Shown here one piece after another: positions 58,232 to 64,000 of a stretch of 64,000 nt of DNA. The notes below the pieces were generated by a model. It was given only the letters and a program-made list of their open reading frames with translations, had not been told where the DNA came from and did no database searches. Source of the DNA: Rhynchopus sp. YZ270_cl-10 (taxonomy: Eukaryota). Position numbers and translations under genes: made by a program. The stretch is from positions 248,001-312,000 of the forward strand of contig OZ037846.1 in NCBI GenBank assembly GCA_964035575.1, written 5' to 3'. Positions within the stretch are counted from its first letter, which is position 1; every line of letters starts with the position of its first letter.

Positions 58232-59970
58232 TAAATAGACGACTTCCTGGAACACATCTGAGAGCAACACACAACACTGCACGTCCCAGAAGGAACTGCG
58301 TGTGCTGGTGTGCCAACCCCTCCCGCAGCTGTCCATGCCTCAGCAACATCAAGGTCAGACTGCTCACCACGCAGGTACCCACGCACGGCAATGTTGTACT
58401 CCTCCCAATGCTTCTTCCCACCTATCATGTACATCCACTCGTCAACTGCTTCTGCTGCAGCAGTTAGCTGAGACATCACTTCCGCCACAACCTGTGCCTC
58501 ACAGCCAGAGGCAACCTCCACCTTGCACGGAAGCAGACGCAGCTGGTGTTCGCACTCAGCATCGCTGAAGCACATCCTGTTGCACACCACATCACACCCC
58601 AGCATACGCCCCACACGTTCCAGCCCGTTCACATCACGCACAAGCTCCCCCACCATGCTGAACCGACGCATCACCTCACAACCCATGTCACCACGCAGCA
58701 CCTTCCCAGACGCAACACCAGCATTCACCTTCTCACAAAAGCTGCTCGCACCCTTCAGAAGCAGGCTTGCTGCGTGCAGTGCAGATGTGGCATGTGTCGC
58801 ACACTGCTTCGAGGCGTTGAACGAACAGTGGATCCTGTCCCCGATGAACACGTCCACCATCCCACGTCTTGTCTCTGTTGCCTGCAGGGTCTTCAGGAGA
58901 AGAGTGGTGAAGAAGGAGGAGTAGGTCGCACTGTCCTTCTCCAGCAAATGCAGGGTGTCCTTCACGTTCAGTGTCAGCAGGGTTGTCTTGACCGAGGACA
59001 GACCCAGTGGCAGGCACACTGGCATGGTCTCGAGTCTGTAATTAGAGGATTCAAAAGATATATCTGTTGTCTCTGTCACATCACCCCCGTAGCTCTCTGA
59101 GTCCACCTTCTCCACCTCATCCTGAAAAGGCAGACACGTCTTCGGGAGGTACGCTTTGTACATGCGCAGGTTCTTCTCCAGTCTCCACAGGGCAGCAGTC
59201 ATCCCCTCAGGCAGGTCACCCCCATGCACGTCCAGCATCTCCGCCACCTGCTCCACGTCGTACCCCGCAAGAAGCGACGCAATCTCCTGCACGACGCTGA
59301 TCGTGCGCCTCATTGACTCCTGCTCCTTCAGTACATTGCGTGCAAACCTGCGTGTCACGAAGAAGTCGATCAGGAAGACAGCAAGGGAGGAAAGGGAGCT
59401 TTGTGGGGGAAATGGTGTCTTGCAGGGCAAGAACTCGCAGTCTGCCTTTTCTTGAATCAGCGCTCTCCTGCTGTGTTCACCTTCGTACGGCAACGACCCA
59501 GGAAGGTCAAACAAACCAAACCTGAAGGATTCCTCACAAGACATGAGACACAGCCACACCACTATCGCACCCACGAACCATGCACTGTACCGTGATGCGA
59601 CTTGCATCACAAGCAACATGTCCACAACCAGGATCAGAAGTGGCCAGGAAAAGAAACCAAAAGTGCGTGTGTGCAAATCCCACATGAAGACTCCAATGCC
59701 AACGAAGTACATGATGCCCACCACAAACGCAGTGTGCAGTTGCTGCTTGCAGAGCACCTTGACAACTGCAACAAACCCAGCTGTGATGATTATGCAAGAC
59801 CCGATCTTAAAAAAAATAACCTGCTGCCCGTCGCTCTTCTGCTGCAACAGCAAAACAACCAGAGTCGAGACTGCTGAGGCCACACAGAACGCAAACATGA
59901 TGGTGCGCTTCTTCACCTCGTCAGCACTGAGAGACCCGTCAATGGTCAGTGCGCTGTTCAGGCACCGCAT
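58231..59970 (-). CDS. 6-TM pseudo-cyclase protein, last copy
   Basis: Intact ORF from MRCLNS at 59970; stop codon lies at the edge of the inserted TIR element. Confidence 0.8.
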   Translation of the reverse strand: MRCLNSALTIDGSLSADEVKKRTIMFAFCVASAVSTLVVLLLQQKSDGQQVIFFKIGSCIIITAGFVAVVKVLCKQQLHTAFVVGIMYFVGIGVFMWDLHTRTFGFFSWPLLILVVDMLLVMQVASRYSAWFVGAIVVWLCLMSCEESFRFGLFDLPGSLPYEGEHSRRALIQEKADCEFLPCKTPFPPQSSLSSLAVFLIDFFVTRRFARNVLKEQESMRRTISVVQEIASLLAGYDVEQVAEMLDVHGGDLPEGMTAALWRLEKNLRMYKAYLPKTCLPFQDEVEKVDSESYGGDVTETTDISFESSNYRLETMPVCLPLGLSSVKTTLLTLNVKDTLHLLEKDSATYSSFFTTLLLKTLQATETRRGMVDVFIGDRIHCSFNASKQCATHATSALHAASLLLKGASSFCEKVNAGVASGKVLRGDMGCEVMRRFSMVGELVRDVNGLERVGRMLGCDVVCNRMCFSDAECEHQLRLLPCKVEVASGCEAQVVAEVMSQLTAAAEAVDEWMYMIGGKKHWEEYNIAVRGYLRGEQSDLDVAEAWTAAGGVGTPAHAVPSGTCSVVCCSQMCSRKSSI

Positions 59971-60850
59971 CGTGTGTGGAGCAGGGGTGTGTGGATGTGT
60001 GTTGTGTGCACTGGTGGGTGGTGTGGGTTCTGTGTTGGGAGATGGACGTAACCACCACAACCGGGGTGCTTTGCACAGAACTTAATCTCACAGGTAACCA
60101 ACTATACGTGTCTCAGTCTCATATGACAACACCCTATCCCGAAGAAAGACACACAGCCGTCACCTCATGTATCTCCAATTCGTGGACGTTTGCGACTTGG
60201 TCCCCCCGCATCCTCTCTTCCTGCAAACAACGGGGATCAGTGGCACCTGGTTTTGGCTGCATACAAAAGCTCCCGCTTCTGGTTCTTTTTCCGTTTTACA
60301 AACGACGGAAGAAGACATTTTTGTTCGTTCGTAATTCTAGGCGGGCTCTTTTGTGCCGTGTTTGAAGCATTGCATACACGTTTGGAATGGGTCTTCCGAA
60401 AATGGTAAACGGGCAAACATTTGCCATCGGGTGCGTCGTGTGCCCAATGAATGGATGACCTGACTGGTGAGGGCTCACTGGAAGACCAGCGGGAGGAGCT
60501 GTCTGATGGAAGACGAGGAGAGGCTGAAGCGGGTTCGCGAAGCAACGATGCGGCACTCTCGTTGGGTAAGAACACCACATTCTCTGTTGTCGCTCGATAA
60601 ATGACGGTGGTGGGGTGATTTGGGGTCATTTTTTTGCAACTGACGCGCTGGAGAGGCCCTGGCCAAACATGGCGTGTTAGGGGAAATATATTCGTCGCAC
60701 AGATTAGATCAGAGACCCCACCCGATATGTTTTTCATTTTACCTCTTTTGTGCTCCGCCACCGACACTCCCATTTTCTGTACTTCAGGCAATAATCATAT
60801 ACCATCACACACTGACACAGTCCGCGTGTGTTGGAAACAATCAATTTTTT

Positions 60851-60899
<49 letters not shown>

Positions 60900-60960
60900 A
60901 GCACACGCGGACAAAAATATTTCTACAAGCAACAGCAGAGAGACCCAAATTTGTGCACGA

Positions 60961-61215
60961 AAAAGCGGACATCAATAATAATAATTCGGCTGTGGACCAG
61001 TACTAGCAGAAGAAGGACGAAAAGCGGACATCAATAATAATCCGGCCCCGATACTAGCAGAAAAGAAAAGAAAAGCGGACACCAATAATAATACGGCCTG
61101 TGAGCCAAATACGAGCAGGAAAAAGACGAAAAGCGGACATCAATAATAATTAGGCTTGTAAGCCACGGGACTACGAGCCCTTTTCAGGACCACGAGCCTA
61201 GGGACCACGAGCCCT
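60961..61215 (+). repeat. 5' tandem repeats of the retroelement
   Basis: AAAAGCGGACAYCAATAATAAT at 60961, 61020, 61071 and 61129; GGACYACGAGCC x3 at about 61169-61213. Confidence 0.85.
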
Positions 61216-61231
61216 TTTTCAAACCGCCAAC

Positions 61232-62275
61232 ATGGCCCTTACCCGGGACGACTTCCCCGCCAACGCGCACGACGTTGAGTGGGCGCAGGTGGAGGTGGGC
61301 AGAGCAGAGGGGCAGCCGGCTGAGGCGGCGGCAGGATGCGTGTTCCCGAGCTGCGCCACGGTGCACGGAGGAGGCGCAAACTGCTGGCGCTGCGGCCACC
61401 GCACTACGGTGACATGCATCCGCAACGTACTCCCGCAGGGCCAAACACGCACGGAGTTCACGGATGGCATTCTGGAGTTGGGGTGGTCGTGTCCAGTGTG
61501 TGAGTGGATACGCGCTTTCGCGATCCCACTGGACGACGCCGTGAGCAACGCTTCTGACCCGGCACCGGATATCCCAGCACAACAGAACGCAGCACAACAG
61601 CAGCAACAACCACAGAACGCACAACAGCAGGACATGATGGTGATCCTGATGCAGATGAGGGACCAGATGGTTGCGTTGAACGGCAGGATGACGGCGTTGG
61701 AGGAACAGCGAAACCTCGCATTACCCCAAGGTTTCCATGCAGAGGTGGTCGGGACATGGAAAAACGTACACGTACCCCAGGTGAAGACACTAATCAGGAC
61801 GGAAGTCAGCAAAGTTTTCAAAGAATACGCATTGCCCTCAAACCTTGATTTCGCCCGCGAGCACGAGGTAGAGATGAGACGCAATTTCGATTTCCTCGAC
61901 ACCACTCTAAACGCTTTAAAACCAAACCCAGCAGACAACGGGGGGACGATGACGATGTTGCACAAGGTAGTGGTGACCATGTCCGCCTCCACCCATCTGG
62001 GCATATACGGCAGGAACATCCGTCTGACGTACGAGAAGAGGGCAAACGGCTATCTCCCCGAAGCTTTCACCGTGCAGCTGCAGGCACGTATGTTGGAGCA
62101 GTTGGTAGAGGCGGGGAAGAATAAAAAGAAGGAGAACAACCGAAACAACGACCGAGGCACTACGGGGGGTTACCGAGGGGACACAAACCAAAACGACAGG
62201 AAGAGGGACTACGACCGCACCAACGATCGACGCACCGAGAACCAGGGAAAGGGGGGACGCGGGGGGAAGAACTGA
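61232..62275 (+). CDS. Gag-like ORF1 with N-terminal Cys-rich finger, predicted coiled coil and basic C-terminus
   Basis: 347-aa ORF directly upstream of YR and RT; the gag assignment is positional. Confidence 0.65.
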   Translation: MALTRDDFPANAHDVEWAQVEVGRAEGQPAEAAAGCVFPSCATVHGGGANCWRCGHRTTVTCIRNVLPQGQTRTEFTDGILELGWSCPVCEWIRAFAIPLDDAVSNASDPAPDIPAQQNAAQQQQQPQNAQQQDMMVILMQMRDQMVALNGRMTALEEQRNLALPQGFHAEVVGTWKNVHVPQVKTLIRTEVSKVFKEYALPSNLDFAREHEVEMRRNFDFLDTTLNALKPNPADNGGTMTMLHKVVVTMSASTHLGIYGRNIRLTYEKRANGYLPEAFTVQLQARMLEQLVEAGKNKKKENNRNNDRGTTGGYRGDTNQNDRKRDYDRTNDRRTENQGKGGRGGKN

Positions 62276-64000
62276 CTGCCCTACGCGCAGATGCTCTTTC
62301 CTCCCCCCAGCGAAAGAGGCAGAAAACGACAACACGAGACCCCCCTCACAAACAAACAGGAAAATACAATAATTCAATCGACCCAGACAACCCTCGCCCG
62401 ATGCTTAGCGGAGTCCTCCTGGAAGAGCCTCCAAAGCACGTGTCGGCGATACTTCGAATTCAAAAACGCTTGGGAGGAGAAACACGCATGCACAATCTCA
62501 CACGAAGTGGCGCTCATATATTGGGTGGAAAAGAAAAGGTCTTTAGACGGAGTCACGGAGAGTTCGGCGCTGCAGTATACGATGGACGTGGCGGCGGCGT
62601 TACGGCGGACAGGGGACGCACGCCTGGCGGAGTCCCAAATGGTGCAGGATTACCGTCGGAGTCTGCGAAGGATGGGAGCACTGATGCCGGGCAAGCAGGC
62701 CAAGCCGGCACGTCCCTCCGAAGTTGCATCGGCGATCGAGCTGGAGAAGAAGCCGTTGATCCGTTTAGCACTGGCTATGTGTTGGGTGACGGCGGGGAGG
62801 GCGTCGGACGTGCTGCGACTCAAAAAGCAGGAGATCACCATCAGACCAGACGGAGTGGTGGCAGTGCATTGGAGGGAGACCAAAGGAGATCCTTTCCAGC
62901 TGGGACGCTTCACGGGCCACCATCTCACAAAAGCAGCGCAGGAAATTTTAGTGCAACGACTGCAAGCCGTCCGCGATCAGCAAGGTTTGATTTTCCCACC
63001 AGGGATAACATCGCACCAACTCGGAGCCGCACTACAGAGAGTCAACAGGGAGCTGTCGTCGCACTCACTGAGAAGAGGGGCTGCGCAGTTCCTCCTGAAA
63101 CAGAAGGTGTCCCTCGACGAAATATGCCTCCTCACCCGTCACCAAACAACGGAGTCTCTGATTCGGTACGTCGCAGAAGCGGGACTACAGAGGGTGGACG
63201 TGACGGCAACCATGTCGCAGCAGCTGCAGGCAGCCATGTGAAGTACTTGCTCCAGGGGAAGATACCTGGCGTACCATGGATCCCAGGGGAAAAGACACGC
63301 TACAATCCAGAGGACGAAAAAGACATGGGGCCGGGTTTGGAGGCGCTATACAACGATGTCCTCGCAGTGTCGGTGAATGGAAAGCTGTGCAGACCACCCC
63401 GTGTGCGCGGTATTCCAGAAGACGACTACATCGCGCCCATATGCGCCGGTTTCATGGACATGCGAAAGCTGCAGGAGTTGGACGTGACAGGTGAACTGCA
63501 GGGAGTGATTGATCTGATCACAGATCCAAAAAGCTTTTACACGCAGTTCCTGGAAGGGGCTCTAGAGAACGTCAGATACGACGCACATTTCCGGAAAAAG
63601 ATATCACGAAATCTCATGCACCATCTAAAAGCGCTGAAGGACTATAACGTGTTGGAGGAAGTGGATCAGGAACCCACCGTCGTACTGCATGGATTCACAG
63701 TGGAGAAGAAGTCGGGAGGGAGAAGGTTTGTTCTGGACGGCAGAAAGCTAAACGACTGCATGCGGCACCCACCGGACATGTGGCTCCCGCGAATGCCCCA
63801 GGTGATACATCAGATTCTACAAGCCAACTGGGTGGTGAATACAGACGGGAAGAGCTGGTTTTACCAGTTTCCGGTGCACCCAGATATCAGGGACTTCTTC
63901 GGGGTAAAAGTAGCACCACAGCGAGGAAAGTTCGTGACCACAAGACTAAAAGCTTTGTGCATGGGGTGGAAGTTCGCCCCGTGCATTGCGAACCGAGCGG
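62125..64000 (+). CDS. Reverse transcriptase frame (open from 62125, first ATG 62401, incomplete at the window end)
   Basis: Manual translation: FTVEKKSGGRRFVLDGRKLN...NTDGKSWFYQF...FFGV...LCMGWKFAP; absent from the ORF track because it has no stop in the window. Confidence 0.85.
62291..63241 (+). CDS. Tyrosine recombinase
   Basis: Catalytic set GRASD (R), ETKGD (K), SHSLRRG (HxxR), TRHQT (H), LIRY (Y). Confidence 0.9.
   Translation: MLFPPPSERGRKRQHETPLTNKQENTIIQSTQTTLARCLAESSWKSLQSTCRRYFEFKNAWEEKHACTISHEVALIYWVEKKRSLDGVTESSALQYTMDVAAALRRTGDARLAESQMVQDYRRSLRRMGALMPGKQAKPARPSEVASAIELEKKPLIRLALAMCWVTAGRASDVLRLKKQEITIRPDGVVAVHWRETKGDPFQLGRFTGHHLTKAAQEILVQRLQAVRDQQGLIFPPGITSHQLGAALQRVNRELSSHSLRRGAAQFLLKQKVSLDEICLLTRHQTTESLIRYVAEAGLQRVDVTATMSQQLQAAM

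Larger units (their letters stand above)
60898..64000 (+). mobile_element. Tyrosine-recombinase retrotransposon with VIPER/TATE-like order gag-YR-RT; runs off the window
   Basis: Follows an A46 tract; tandem-repeat 5' region; three long open frames with YR and RT motifs. Confidence 0.85.

Noticed and set aside
1281..60085. Many recurring plus-strand ORFs (MHGSRRSW..., MYMRRFFS..., MFALSIAE...)
   Set aside because: Antisense shadows of the cyclase-like genes; they recur only because the genes are duplicated
60961..61160. CRISPR array reading of the retroelement 5' repeats
   Set aside because: The variable parts share internal motifs, the context is a eukaryotic retroelement and there are no cas genes

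Overview
Eukaryotic genomic DNA with GT-AG introns. It is most likely a euglenozoan, probably a diplonemid; this is inferred from a kinetoplastid-type adenylate cyclase domain, a strictly unidirectional gene cluster and a VIPER-like retroelement. All host genes lie on the minus strand. The window is dominated by 13 paralogs encoding 6-TM proteins with class III nucleotide-cyclase domains. Eleven carry a catalytically degenerate pseudo-cyclase; two carry an intact cyclase followed by a degenerate one. They show variable TM regions, mosaic gene conversion, all four N-/C-module combinations, two frameshifts and one clean 134-bp inversion. Interspersed single-copy genes are a CHORD-CS co-chaperone, a SPRY/NHL-fused cyclic-nucleotide phosphodiesterase, an RFESD-like Rieske protein, a GDPD and a PIWI-like Argonaute lacking the slicer tetrad. 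Mobile DNA includes a LINE remnant, nested non-autonomous TIR elements, a multi-hairpin A-tailed element and several co-oriented micro-repeats. At the right edge is an intact-looking gag-tyrosine recombinase-RT element. Its recombinase is entirely overprinted on the RT frame, and its gag stop sits in a candidate -1 frameshift/readthrough hub. All calls come from manual reading; no database searches or folding programs were run.
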